Shown here: positions 46,481-56,603 of the stretch, piece after piece
Numbering within the stretch: the first letter of the stretch is position 1
Layout: each line of letters starts with the position of its first letter
Source of the DNA: a virus
Direction: 5' to 3' (one strand)
DNA: 64,000 nucleotides
Virus record (IMG/VR): IMGVR_UViG_3300022745_000026
Location: 8,692-72,691 of that record
Program-made: the position numbers and the translations under genes
The notes under the pieces: model-generated
Database searches by the model: none
Told to the model about the DNA's origin: nothing
What the model saw: only the letters and a program-made list of their open reading frames with translations

Positions 46481-46975
46481 ATGAAGAAGAGACCGATTCG
46501 GATTGAAGGTGACGTGGCTTATGTGACCTTAGCTTGTGGGGCGGAAGCAATCATAGACGCAGAAGACGCTGAGCTGGTGGGTCAGTATAATTGGAGCCTA
46601 TGCACTGGGTATGCAGCTACAAGCCTATACCCTGTCGGAGAGAAACGTAGAAGCATAAAACTGCATCGACTTGTTATGGGGGAACCTGAAGGTTTTGAAG
46701 TAGATCACAAGTACGGCATCAGGCTGGATAACAGAAAAGCACATTTGAGGCTGGCCACAAGATCAGATAATAACCATAATGCCAAGGTCCGTCGTGACAA
46801 TACCTCCGGTAGGAAAGGCGTTTCGTGGCATAAAAAAGTTAAAAAGTGGTTCGCCCAAATAATGTATATGGGCAAACAAAAGCATTTAGGCTACTTTTCC
46901 GACCCTGACGCTGCCTATGAGGCCTACTGCCAAGCAGCACTTAAATACCATGGCGAATTTGCCAGAACAGAATAA
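46481..46975 (+). CDS. HNH-AP2 homing endonuclease, antisense to the structural operon
   Basis: KLHRLV..VDH..LDNRK..LR (HNH); NTSGRKGVSW..KW.A.I..HLG.F..AY (AP2); GGAG RBS. Confidence 0.92.
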   Translation: MKKRPIRIEGDVAYVTLACGAEAIIDAEDAELVGQYNWSLCTGYAATSLYPVGEKRRSIKLHRLVMGEPEGFEVDHKYGIRLDNRKAHLRLATRSDNNHNAKVRRDNTSGRKGVSWHKKVKKWFAQIMYMGKQKHLGYFSDPDAAYEAYCQAALKYHGEFARTE

Positions 46976-46976
46976 T

Positions 46977-47001
46977 AAAATGGCCCTAAAAGGGCCATTT
47001 T
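46977..47001. terminator. bidirectional terminator
   Basis: AAAATGGCCCT-AAA-AGGGCCATTTT between convergent genes. Confidence 0.75.
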
Positions 47002-47192
47002 TACTTTTTAGGCTTACTCTCGTCTGGGTCCACCCATCTCTGGATGACGGGCTGGCCTTTGACCCAGTCCGTCTCCTTGGCTTTAGTTGGTACCCGTGGT
47101 TCAAAGCGGCAACCGCTTTCTGGGTCTACAAACGGAAATCCAGCTGTGTTGATTAACCAGGTGCCTGTCTTGTCGTGGATGGTTTGATTCAT
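47001..47192 (-). CDS. small hypothetical protein
   Basis: 63-aa ORF right after the capsid gene. Confidence 0.5.
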   Translation of the reverse strand: MNQTIHDKTGTWLINTAGFPFVDPESGCRFEPRVPTKAKETDWVKGQPVIQRWVDPDESKPKK

Positions 47193-47232
47193 AGGTATTC
47201 AGGGGAGACTTTCGCCTCCCCTGTTATTTTAA

Positions 47233-48447
47233 TTAGCTGATTGTCAGCACATCAAAAGGACGCAGATCGCTGTCGCCTAATGAGCGGAACACTTCCTCAG
47301 CCCAGTCAAGGCGCATAGCTGTACTGCGCTTCATGGCGTAAGCCTCAACAGCAGTGTAAGCTGCTGCAGTGTTGGTAACACGAGAGATAGCTACCGACGC
47401 ATCCAAGGCATACACCGTGTTAGCTGGCACTGGGCCACCTTCAGCAGCGGAGTCAACCAAGAAGATGCGAACGTCGTTGCCAAAGCCTACGTTAATCAAG
47501 CCTGCTTGTGGGTCTACACGAGTCAGAGTTGGGTCGTAGTTATTTGAGCCTGGACGACCTGTGCGGCCCTCAATTTTCAAATACGTGTCTAGGTCCATCA
47601 CTAAATGACTGATCTTTCGGTATTTACGGCTCCTGGCCAAAAACTTGACAAAGGCTTTGTGAGTCAGAACGCCACCTGTAGCTGCTGCATCCAGAGATGT
47701 AGAAGTCACTGCAGCAACTGCACCTACGTTCAGGTCACCATCTCCGTTGTACAGAGCATTGATATAGCGGTAAACCCGCTCGTCACGCTCGATCTGCAGG
47801 TAGTGAGCTACGGTACGAGTGACATAATCTATGTTCGTATTGCGCAGAGCAGCATCAGTCCACTCCATGCCGATATTCCAAGCGCCAATGCGACGGATAC
47901 GGTCGCTGGTCTTGAAGAACAGCATCTTGGGTGGTTCAGCGCCTTGAGCAACGCGAGCTGCTTTAGAGTCCTCTGGGCCGCCAAGTGTTTTGTAGTCCAC
48001 TACGGGCTGTTCAAAATGCTCCGTGTCAACACTGATGTTGTTGGCAATCATTTGCTCAAACACGCCAGAGTCGGTAGTGCGGTCTTTTTGCATTTCGGAA
48101 GTGATCTCACCAATAACAGCGATGTTCACAAATGCGCGAGAAGCAGTGCCGAAGGGGCTTGCGTTTTGCTGGGTGTTGGCAGAGAAGCCGGAAGAGCCTG
48201 CAGAGCCGTCCAACAGAGCACCAATTTTGGTGGCACGGAAGCCGAATGGGTTATTGCTGCCAGGGCGAACCAGGCCGATGGACGCTTTGAACTGGTCAAA
48301 AGCAGTACCAACGGACAGGTCTGCATCAGCAAACTTACGGTTCATCTCAGCGATTGGGTCGCCGGACTTCACCATTGCCACTAATTCTTCAGCACTGGGT
48401 GCCCACTGTTGTGTTCCGCCCGAGCGGTCGATGTATGCAACTTGCAT
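47233..48447 (-). CDS. major capsid protein
   Basis: About 404 aa from MQVAY after GAAAGGA RBS; follows protease and decoration genes; downstream hairpin. Confidence 0.8.
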   Translation of the reverse strand: MQVAYIDRSGGTQQWAPSAEELVAMVKSGDPIAEMNRKFADADLSVGTAFDQFKASIGLVRPGSNNPFGFRATKIGALLDGSAGSSGFSANTQQNASPFGTASRAFVNIAVIGEITSEMQKDRTTDSGVFEQMIANNISVDTEHFEQPVVDYKTLGGPEDSKAARVAQGAEPPKMLFFKTSDRIRRIGAWNIGMEWTDAALRNTNIDYVTRTVAHYLQIERDERVYRYINALYNGDGDLNVGAVAAVTSTSLDAAATGGVLTHKAFVKFLARSRKYRKISHLVMDLDTYLKIEGRTGRPGSNNYDPTLTRVDPQAGLINVGFGNDVRIFLVDSAAEGGPVPANTVYALDASVAISRVTNTAAAYTAVEAYAMKRSTAMRLDWAEEVFRSLGDSDLRPFDVLTIS

Positions 48448-48469
48448 GTTAGTTCCTTTCAATATTTGA

Positions 48470-48946
48470 TTAGTCGCGGCCAATGACACCAACAGTGCCT
48501 ACTGCGCCGGTGCCTACTGGGCCCAAGCTCAGAACACGCCACAGATACTGTTGAGTACCTTGCGAAGTTGCCTTGCAGACTTTGGGATAAGTTGTGAGGG
48601 CAGTGCCTTTTGGTACTTGAGTACCAGCAACAACCCAGTCACCAACGGAAATAACGCCGACGCCGGGGGTAGCTTGCAAGCCGTCAAAAGTCACGCGAGC
48701 GCGACCTTCGCAATAGACCGAGCCGATGGAGTAGCCGTTTTGAGGGGCCATTTCCACTGCATAGATCAGGGCTTCAATGTTATCGCCAGCCACAGCCAGG
48801 TCATAACGGGACTCACCTGCGAGTTTGACGATCTTGCCAACCTCTTTGGTGTCTACTTGGTTGCTAGTACCCGAACCTGCGCCCAGACGTACAGCCATGG
48901 CCGCTTCGTCTGGTGCTGTTGGGGAGATGAAATGGTCGAGAGCCAT
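48470..48946 (-). CDS. head decoration protein
   Basis: 158-aa Gly/Val-rich ORF between protease and capsid. Confidence 0.6.
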   Translation of the reverse strand: MALDHFISPTAPDEAAMAVRLGAGSGTSNQVDTKEVGKIVKLAGESRYDLAVAGDNIEALIYAVEMAPQNGYSIGSVYCEGRARVTFDGLQATPGVGVISVGDWVVAGTQVPKGTALTTYPKVCKATSQGTQQYLWRVLSLGPVGTGAVGTVGVIGRD

Positions 48947-48958
48947 AGTCAGGGTCCT

Positions 48959-50332
48959 TTACTTTGATTGAGAAGATTTCACCGCATGCACGAATAATGG
49001 GTTCACCAGTGCAGCTACGGGCTTATCCGATACTGCGTCTGATTTGGCTGCGGTAACACCACCCACCTTGAATTTGGATTTGAACAACTCGCTCACTCTG
49101 CTGTGTTCTGCCATGACTTCAGAGTCAGCGACGGCAGCTACATCCAAGTTTAGTGGTACGCTCATAGCCTTGATGCTGCTGCGTGCGAAAGCCAGAAGCC
49201 CAACATGAGAAGCCTCTAAGGCAGTCATCTGTGCTTTGATGGTTTCGGACTCAGCGATAGCTGCATCATGAGCCAACTTTGCTGACACGAGTTCAGCTTG
49301 CAGGCTTTCGATTGTAGGCTCAAGAGATTCAGCTGCTGCAGCCACTACGGTCTCAGTGACGACAGTAGCAGTAGCGGCCACAGCAGATTCTGTAACTTCT
49401 TCTAGGTCAATACCAGCAGCCAGTGCTGCAAGGTATTCTGGGGTAATCGGTTTAGGCATAGTTGCTCCTTCTTGCGCCTGATTATCGTCCTGTACTTCAG
49501 CAACTAAGGTAGGCTTAGTGCGAACTGCGGGTTTATTGGCAGAAGATTTCAAGGATTTTGCGTAGATGAAGGCGTCAGTGAGGGACCCAAGGCTGTCTAT
49601 CAGCCCCGCGTTCACTGCTTGCTTGCCTACAAACTCTTTCCCTTGGCCGAAGGCTGCATCTGCAGCAGTCAAGCTCATGCCACGGCTATCGGCCACATGG
49701 GTCAGGAACACATCATAAAGTGCGTTTGCTTTTGCCTGTGCATCGGCCAAGGCTTTATCTGTCAGGTCCTCATAAGGGTTCATCAGGGCTTTGTCTGTAC
49801 CTGCACGGATTACGGTGACCTTGATACCGTCATTGGCCAACTGTCGGGCCCGACTTGCATGCACCATCAGCACCCCAAGTGAGCCAGTGATAGAGGTCTC
49901 GCTTGCATACATCTTGCTGGCGCTAGACCCGAGCCACAGGGCTGCCGAGGCCATAGTACCACCTGTGTACGTGACTACAGGTTTGATCTTGTTCACTTCT
50001 GAGATCAGCTTAGCTGCGTCATTCACGCCCGCGACTGCACCGCCACCGGAGTCAATGTTCAGAAGGATGCTGTTTACAGACTTGTCAGCCACTGCCTGTA
50101 GGATTGCATCCTGAATGTCAGTGTACCCCACAATCCCAAACATACGCATGAAGCCTGCCGAGCCAGATACCAAGCTGCCTTCAATGTTAATCATGGCTAC
50201 ACCGTCCTGCACATCAACCATAGATGGCAGGCCATAAGGGTCAGTGGGCTTGGACTCGACTTTGGCAGCCTCAAAAGCATCGTAAGATGCTTGGGTGCCC
50301 AACCAGATATTTTCAAACATTAAGGTCTCCAT
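48959..50332 (-). CDS. S49 (SppA-like) prohead protease with C-terminal scaffold region
   Basis: IDSGGG, MASAALW, GSLGV, AGLID; acidic Ala-rich C-terminus with internal RBS (GAAGGAG) before MPKP. Confidence 0.9.
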   Translation of the reverse strand: METLMFENIWLGTQASYDAFEAAKVESKPTDPYGLPSMVDVQDGVAMINIEGSLVSGSAGFMRMFGIVGYTDIQDAILQAVADKSVNSILLNIDSGGGAVAGVNDAAKLISEVNKIKPVVTYTGGTMASAALWLGSSASKMYASETSITGSLGVLMVHASRARQLANDGIKVTVIRAGTDKALMNPYEDLTDKALADAQAKANALYDVFLTHVADSRGMSLTAADAAFGQGKEFVGKQAVNAGLIDSLGSLTDAFIYAKSLKSSANKPAVRTKPTLVAEVQDDNQAQEGATMPKPITPEYLAALAAGIDLEEVTESAVAATATVVTETVVAAAAESLEPTIESLQAELVSAKLAHDAAIAESETIKAQMTALEASHVGLLAFARSSIKAMSVPLNLDVAAVADSEVMAEHSRVSELFKSKFKVGGVTAAKSDAVSDKPVAALVNPLFVHAVKSSQSK

Positions 50333-50428
50333 TCAGTGGGGCTACAGGCCCGCTCAGTCGAGTCTACCCTATGCAGGGTGGAACCGGCGGACTCTGGAGA
50401 GCCAAGTGCCATATAAATGGCAGTCTCA

Positions 50429-50935
50429 TCAGGAGCTTACAGCAAAAGCATTCTCTGCTGCCTGTCGGGCTGCCCGCAGGTTGGTCTCAGCCGCCGAGCT
50501 ATTTCCTTGCATGTAACCCCATACGGCAGAGGCTATGGACTCAGGGGTCATACCTGTTCCACCCGTGGATGCTATGCTGATAGCCTGCACCGGCTGTGAG
50601 TAGTTCACCCGCACAGTGAATCCTCCGGCGGTATTGACAAATGGGTCTCCGCCACCTTCAACAAGCAGTATTCCGCTGGTTACATTCAGGGTGTGGTTGG
50701 CCTCTTGAGGTCGGATTCTCCAGCCATTCTGCAGGTAGACATAGAAAGGCACTGATGTGCCCGCAGCGACGTCAATCGCATCCCCACCGAGTAGGCGCAT
50801 CGCCTGAAGATACTTTCCGTTATCCGAAGCAGCATGCCACCGCACCCAGTCACTCCACAGTGACTGGACGCTCAGAGTTGTGGTGCCAAGTGACAGGGTG
50901 ATTAGCTTGGTCGCACCATTGAACTGCGTGGTCAT
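50429..50935 (-). CDS. hypothetical structural protein
   Basis: LWSDW..W...NGWRIRP; shares N-terminal pattern with upstream ORF. Confidence 0.6.
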   Translation of the reverse strand: MTTQFNGATKLITLSLGTTTLSVQSLWSDWVRWHAASDNGKYLQAMRLLGGDAIDVAAGTSVPFYVYLQNGWRIRPQEANHTLNVTSGILLVEGGGDPFVNTAGGFTVRVNYSQPVQAISIASTGGTGMTPESIASAVWGYMQGNSSAAETNLRAARQAAENAFAVSS

Positions 50936-50944
50936 TCGGGCCCC

Positions 50945-52318
50945 TTAGATGTAGGCGCGGTCGGTTTCAGCCACTAAAGAGATGGTGATGCCTTTTGCGC
51001 GAGAGATAGTACCCCCGAATTGTACGGGCTTTGCGCTTCCTGGCTTACCAGCGACCACAGTGACGTTGGCATCGGTGCCGGGTGTACGCCCACCTTGGGT
51101 ATTTGCATCATAGTCAAATGTGAAGCCGACGCTTCCTGCACTGAAGGTTCCTGTGATCGGAGTACCTGTGCTGTCGTTCACCGTGACAGCACCGGACTCG
51201 CCGAAGTCATCCAGTACACCGGGCAGTGTCGTGAACAGCATGCGGTAGTAGCTGCCAGAGCCCACAAGTGGTAAGTTAGCCGTAATATTGCCGCCAGAGA
51301 TATAGGGGTAGCTGCGCTGAACACTATTCTGGTCTGTAAACACAACCCGGTTGACATCGTTGCCGTTCAGGTTGGAGATGAACACGCCCTGAGTAGTGTA
51401 GAGGGTGTCACCCAAGAAGTTAACAAGCAGGCTGGCCGTCTTGCCAATGACGGTGCCGGCACCGCTGTCGATGTCGGTGTTCTGGCGCAGCAGGTACTGA
51501 ACCTTGGTGTAAATCTGCTCCAGCGTCGCACCGTTGCCGTTGATTACAACTCGGAATGGGTAGTTGGTGCCGCCGATACTCTGATTCTGGTTTGTAGCTG
51601 AGTAGGTGACAGTGATGTTGTCGTAAGGCGCGGAGGCCATAGCAGAATCAAGGTCTGTAATCTTGGTGTCAGCCTCATTGGAAAGTAGCAGGTTGACGAT
51701 ATACGCCCCTGTAGCCGTCTTGCCAGTATCGGCCAGCACGGAGTCCTTGTACTTATAGCCCTGCTCGCGGACGTAGCCCTTGAAGTAGGAACGATTATCG
51801 AACCCGCCGCTGCTGACATCCCCGTAGACCTGCACACCGATGTTTGCAGCATCAGTGAAGGTGAAGTTGGCCGAGGTGCCGCCGCTGGTCTTCTGGTAGT
51901 AGAGCTGGGCACCGCTATTCACCGTGCCCAAAGACACGATTCCGACGTAGACTCGGTTCAGTGAGCCTGTGGAGGTGATGGCGGGTAGGGCGCTGCTGCT
52001 GGAATACTCTTCCCAGCCACCATCACGCAGCATGTTGCGGGTGGTGTCATCCGCGGGCTTCCAGCTGTTATAGAATTGGCCATCAGTACCGAAGCGGTAC
52101 TGTCCAGACAAGGCGTCCAAGGCGTACATCGGGAATGGGCTATCTTGGTAAGTCGTTGTAGTCCACAGGTCGATGAACTTAGAGTAGAGTGCTTGGATAG
52201 CCACCCCATCCTTGGCCACCAGGTTTCCTGCAGCCACCAAGGTGAATGTACGGGCTGCTTCATTGATAAGCAGCTCGGTGCCTACGTTGAGCTGCCCTTT
52301 AGATGTGATCTTTGCCAT
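50945..52318 (-). CDS. hypothetical structural protein
   Basis: 457 aa, Thr/Gly-rich; LYSKFIDLW. Confidence 0.6.
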   Translation of the reverse strand: MAKITSKGQLNVGTELLINEAARTFTLVAAGNLVAKDGVAIQALYSKFIDLWTTTTYQDSPFPMYALDALSGQYRFGTDGQFYNSWKPADDTTRNMLRDGGWEEYSSSSALPAITSTGSLNRVYVGIVSLGTVNSGAQLYYQKTSGGTSANFTFTDAANIGVQVYGDVSSGGFDNRSYFKGYVREQGYKYKDSVLADTGKTATGAYIVNLLLSNEADTKITDLDSAMASAPYDNITVTYSATNQNQSIGGTNYPFRVVINGNGATLEQIYTKVQYLLRQNTDIDSGAGTVIGKTASLLVNFLGDTLYTTQGVFISNLNGNDVNRVVFTDQNSVQRSYPYISGGNITANLPLVGSGSYYRMLFTTLPGVLDDFGESGAVTVNDSTGTPITGTFSAGSVGFTFDYDANTQGGRTPGTDANVTVVAGKPGSAKPVQFGGTISRAKGITISLVAETDRAYI

Positions 52319-52326
52319 GTCTACTC

Positions 52327-54909
52327 CTACTGATAGTTTCTATCTGCCACTTGTGCGACAGGGATGGTTGCGGCAACGCCTGGCAACAGGTAGTTGCGTA
52401 TGAAAAATGGCACATACCCGGCGCACAGGATACCAATATCCACGTTCTGGATTGTAAGGTATCCATAGGTATAACTGCTGGTTGCAATGCTGTCCCCAGT
52501 GTCAATTACGTTGGTTGTCCCTGCTTGATAGACCACAATGTCTGACCCAGGCTGGATGCCAGAGACTGTCAAACCTATGGTGTCGAGCGGGTATAGCGCT
52601 GCATTTTGAATGGCGAGTGTGGTAGTTCCGTTGACAACAAAACTCGTCAATACGTTAGTCGTATTCGCTACGGCGCATGTAATTCTAAATTTGAACTTAA
52701 ATCCGATCGTCGGGCTGATACCAGTCTCGGCTAGCAAGTTTGCGTTACTAACAGTCTTGAATGTTCCACTGAACCCAGAACCTTTATCTAAATCATACTC
52801 AAAATTGTGATTCACTAAACCCGTTCCGGTGTTTGCAAAGCTAGTCAACCCGGTCCACCCAAGGATATAATAGTTCCATGTCCATGTTATAGAATCACCG
52901 ACGTTCTGCATAACCAGGTAACCAGTAGATGTAAATTTGGGTGTACCCGCATTTACCGTGTAAGCGCTGGCTGTAGACAGGGACTTCTCTGTAAATACTA
53001 AAAATGCGCGTGTTGTTGTGTCAGCAGTGAAGGCATCATAGAAATGCATCCCATCAACGTGAGTGTAAGAAGTCGGAACAGAGCCGTTATTCTGCCTATT
53101 TCCACGAACAGTCGAGTTGTACCAGTTGGGGCCCTGTACAAGCGCAGCATTGGTGTTGTAGCAGTTCTGAAATCTAACAGATTGCGTTGTATTCGTAGAA
53201 CTTGACAATCCAATACGTAGGTTATTAGTCCAGATGCGCTGGAACTTGATATTCTTATTCAATCCACCGTCAGCATAGATATAACCAGTTCTAAAGGATG
53301 CGTTCGATCCACCCTCGTATGGTACTGCTGATGTTCCTGTCCCGGTAACAAGAATATCAGAGCAGGTGTTCATATAAACTAAACCACTAAGGGCATGAAC
53401 ATCAGAAACACCAACCCAGTTAGCAATATTAGTAAGAGCACCCTGCTTACAATTTGACATCAACTCTATTGCCTGAGTTGGTACTGCGGAACCAGTTGTA
53501 GCCTTTGGGTTATCAGCATAGTAGACATTAGTTACTGTCCAGTTAGAACACGCAGACATAATCAAGCGCTTACCAACAAGTTCTACGTTCGTAACCGTCA
53601 GGCTGTCGCATGTATTAAAAAATATAGGACCGGCTAGGGCCGTTGCATCAGACGCGTATTGACCACGAACATCAGTAATAGTCCAACCGCCATACAGGTT
53701 TACAAAGTAAACCGCATACCCTGCTGTAGAGATTTGCTGCGATCTTAGACCACTAATATTTGTAGCTGTACCGCCATTTAAGCACTGCTGAATTACAAAT
53801 GCGTTTGAGGCATACGGTGTTGATTGATTTGAGCAACCAATATGAACATTATTTAATATCGAAGGGGTAGAAGTTTCTGCCAAAACAAACTGCTCACAAC
53901 CGTGCATATTCTGGATATTAACAGAGTACGGTTGTTGAATATTCCAATACCAAGCCCCTGTCACTCTATCTACGCTAACAACACCAGAACTTGAAGTCGC
54001 AGTTTCATATCGAGTACCGACTGTACCACTTGGAACAGAATTAACCCCATACCCGATTGTTAAATTTGTGTTACTGCATAAGATGTTTGGAATTCTAATG
54101 TTGCAACCAGAAACTGGTAAATCACCTGCAGCAGCAGCATCTCTACCCATGCCGATAGTCATTAGATTGTTATCAGAAATTCCAACATACCTGCATCTAT
54201 TATCTGTACTCAAACTTGATGCAAGGAATAAATTTCCAGCATTAGCCCAGAATTTATATACACCAGACCCCGGTGAAGTCTCTATCTCAACCCCGCCTAC
54301 AACCGTTGTTCCAGAACCAAATGACGGTAGCTGAACTGTTTGACCGCGAACTCCCGTGGTTGTACCCAAACTAAACCAATCGCCAGACACCGTGAGTGAG
54401 TTGAGTCGGTTAATCGTCAAGGCCATCGTTTCTACACCAACAATCTCAACCCATCCAGTCTCCTCTGGGCCTGTCGCTGTCGCAGAAATCCCCGTAAGAG
54501 GCCCAGCGGCAAAGCTCCCGCCCGCCACATTGCGGACCTTCAGGTACCCAGTCGCTGGCATAGCCGCGCCAGCAGCCGTTACCGTCCCACCGACGCGAGT
54601 AGACATCACACACAGCAATTCAGCAGTAACACCGCTGGAGGATATTACCGTTCCAGAAGCGGGTACATTCCCAGAACCAGAAGTGAATGCAATTAGCTTT
54701 ACGTTTAAGCCAGAAATCGTAAGAGTTCCGCCTAAGTTAGCTGACAAGTTAATATTACCAAACGGCCCAGTTGCAGTGGACGTATTTGGTCCATATCGAG
54801 TATCTGAGTCGATTGTTAAATTACCGCCATTGACGTTATATGTGTCATTACCGCCCTTACCAGTCAGGGCGGTCATATTGGTGGTCGTTGTTATCGTGAA
54901 GGTTGTCAT
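52327..54909 (-). CDS. large Thr/Asn-rich protein with probable beta-helix region
   Basis: 860 aa; repeating Asn/Cys-laddered segments (CSNWTVTNV, CSDILVTG); AT-richer core. Confidence 0.6.
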   Translation of the reverse strand: MTTFTITTTTNMTALTGKGGNDTYNVNGGNLTIDSDTRYGPNTSTATGPFGNINLSANLGGTLTISGLNVKLIAFTSGSGNVPASGTVISSSGVTAELLCVMSTRVGGTVTAAGAAMPATGYLKVRNVAGGSFAAGPLTGISATATGPEETGWVEIVGVETMALTINRLNSLTVSGDWFSLGTTTGVRGQTVQLPSFGSGTTVVGGVEIETSPGSGVYKFWANAGNLFLASSLSTDNRCRYVGISDNNLMTIGMGRDAAAAGDLPVSGCNIRIPNILCSNTNLTIGYGVNSVPSGTVGTRYETATSSSGVVSVDRVTGAWYWNIQQPYSVNIQNMHGCEQFVLAETSTPSILNNVHIGCSNQSTPYASNAFVIQQCLNGGTATNISGLRSQQISTAGYAVYFVNLYGGWTITDVRGQYASDATALAGPIFFNTCDSLTVTNVELVGKRLIMSACSNWTVTNVYYADNPKATTGSAVPTQAIELMSNCKQGALTNIANWVGVSDVHALSGLVYMNTCSDILVTGTGTSAVPYEGGSNASFRTGYIYADGGLNKNIKFQRIWTNNLRIGLSSSTNTTQSVRFQNCYNTNAALVQGPNWYNSTVRGNRQNNGSVPTSYTHVDGMHFYDAFTADTTTRAFLVFTEKSLSTASAYTVNAGTPKFTSTGYLVMQNVGDSITWTWNYYILGWTGLTSFANTGTGLVNHNFEYDLDKGSGFSGTFKTVSNANLLAETGISPTIGFKFKFRITCAVANTTNVLTSFVVNGTTTLAIQNAALYPLDTIGLTVSGIQPGSDIVVYQAGTTNVIDTGDSIATSSYTYGYLTIQNVDIGILCAGYVPFFIRNYLLPGVAATIPVAQVADRNYQ

Positions 54910-54912
54910 TTA

Positions 54913-55092
54913 CTACCTCAGTTTTATCCATTTGTCTAACGGGCACTTGGCCTCTGTCAGGACAACCTTGCCAGCAAGAACACATTTACACTTACCACAT
55001 ACATCAGCTCCCATAACAACAACGACCTCCGGGCACTTTTTACAGATAGCCCTTCGGTCTTGTTGCTGTTGCTGGGTAGCAATGTATGTCAT
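54913..55092 (-). CDS. small Cys-rich protein (not in ORF track)
   Basis: GGAG RBS; RRAICKKC...CGKCKC...CPLDKW. Confidence 0.65.
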   Translation of the reverse strand: MTYIATQQQQQDRRAICKKCPEVVVVMGADVCGKCKCVLAGKVVLTEAKCPLDKWIKLR

Positions 55093-55103
55093 AAGTGCTC
55101 CAA

Positions 55104-55130
55104 AAGGGTGTGAGTCTAGCTCACACCCTT
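55104..55130 (-). terminator. intrinsic terminator
   Basis: AAGGGTGTGAG...CTCACACCCTT followed by T on - strand. Confidence 0.7.
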
Positions 55131-55140
55131 ATAGGACTAC

Positions 55141-56040
55141 TTAAACGCCTTGACCCAAGCCCATGCGCGAACGCATTGCGCCACGGAACACTGCACCGAT
55201 AGCGGAACAGTCAATGTCCATTACTTCGGCTTTGGTGACGAAGTGGCCATGCTCATGCTCATTACGAGCGTCAAGTTCTGCAACGGCGGCATTGGCGGCG
55301 GCAGCAGCGGCAGCAGCGGCAGCGGCTTGAGCAGTAGCAGCAGCGGCAGAAGCCAATGCGGTCTGGGCAGTAGCAGCGGCAGCGTCAGCAGTTGCCTGAG
55401 CAGCAGCAATACCGGCAGCTGAAGTGGTGAGGCCTTCAATAGCAGCTTGCAGAGCAGCGATTTGAGTCGCAGTAGCGGCATCAGATGCTTGCAGGTTAGT
55501 GATGGCGGTAGCTTGTTCAGCAATCGCAGCAGTCAGTGCGGTACAGTCGCAAGGTGTTTGGGCACCAGTGCTGTTCTGGATAGCAACGATGCTCTGGCTC
55601 AACTGGTCAACGGCAGACTGAATCGAAGTAATGCTGGACTGCAGGGCAGCATCAGCATCAAGGCGATTCTGGGTCTCAGCAGCCAAGGCAGCTTGAACGC
55701 CAGCAACAACAGCGGCCAGGTCAGCAACAGCAGTAGAGCCTTCCAGAGCCTCAACGCGAGAGCCGATGCTAGTGATAGCGGCCAAGATGGATTGTGCAGA
55801 AGCAGCGTCGCCAGCGGTGTTAGCCGACAGCAAGCTGTTCAGGGTGGCGATTTGTGCTTGAACAGCAGCAATATCAACACCTTCCAAAGCCAATACGGAA
55901 TTGACCTTTTCGTTTACGGCTTGACCAACTTCGTCACCGAAGGTAGCGGCCAAACACGAGACCAAGCTGGCCAGGTCGTCGTTGTAAGTGGAGACATTGC
56001 GACCGTGGTTATCTTGGTCAGAGTGAAAATCATGTGACAT
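55141..56040 (-). CDS. Ala-rich coiled-coil fibre-like protein
   Basis: Heptad pattern throughout; own terminator. Confidence 0.65.
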   Translation of the reverse strand: MSHDFHSDQDNHGRNVSTYNDDLASLVSCLAATFGDEVGQAVNEKVNSVLALEGVDIAAVQAQIATLNSLLSANTAGDAASAQSILAAITSIGSRVEALEGSTAVADLAAVVAGVQAALAAETQNRLDADAALQSSITSIQSAVDQLSQSIVAIQNSTGAQTPCDCTALTAAIAEQATAITNLQASDAATATQIAALQAAIEGLTTSAAGIAAAQATADAAAATAQTALASAAAATAQAAAAAAAAAAANAAVAELDARNEHEHGHFVTKAEVMDIDCSAIGAVFRGAMRSRMGLGQGV

Positions 56041-56070
56041 AATAGAGTTCCTGTGTGAAAAAGCCGCTAC

Positions 56071-56247
56071 TTACGCGAGCGGCGTTGCGTCTTTATCGCA
56101 AGCAGTCCCGTCTAGCACTGCTTGCAATTGTTGAATTCTGGCCACCTGAGCAGCAACCTCAGACTGGATGATGCAGCGAAGGATGTCACCCACTTGGGCC
56201 CCGACATCCAACATAATGCACTTCAGCCGTTCTTCCATTTCGTTCAT
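56071..56247 (-). CDS. small hypothetical protein (not in ORF track)
   Basis: ATGA overlap with upstream stop; MNEMEERLKCIMLDVGAQVG... Confidence 0.5.
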   Translation of the reverse strand: MNEMEERLKCIMLDVGAQVGDILRCIIQSEVAAQVARIQQLQAVLDGTACDKDATPLA

Positions 56248-56600
56248 AATTCAGTGATTCCAGTAAGTTGACCGCCTGAATTATAGGTGAATGTCTTGGT
56301 TTTTACCGTAAGCGGACCGAGAGTCTGCACAATTTGTGTCAGTACCCCAGCAGAGTACGTGAAAGCCTTTGCCGTGCCATCCGAGTAGTCAATCCGAACA
56401 AGCTCACCTCCCGAACCGTAAGTAAAGGTCGGAGACTTGAGTGGGTCATCGGTATTATTGACTTTATGGGCTATCAGCCCGGTGCTATCACTGATGTACA
56501 AGTCGAAGCCCGTGCCCCGACGCACCGCATAGATGGTGTCGGGGGTGAGGGTCGCCGGCAGGGCGGAGACCTCCTTACGGGCGTACAGGATAGTCGTCAT
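56244..56600 (-). CDS. hypothetical protein with YD-like repeats
   Basis: FTYGSGGEL, FTYSAGVL, FTYNSGGQL; N-terminus paralogous to 56604-57173. Confidence 0.6.
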   Translation of the reverse strand: MTTILYARKEVSALPATLTPDTIYAVRRGTGFDLYISDSTGLIAHKVNNTDDPLKSPTFTYGSGGELVRIDYSDGTAKAFTYSAGVLTQIVQTLGPLTVKTKTFTYNSGGQLTGITEL

Positions 56601-56603
56601 GGA

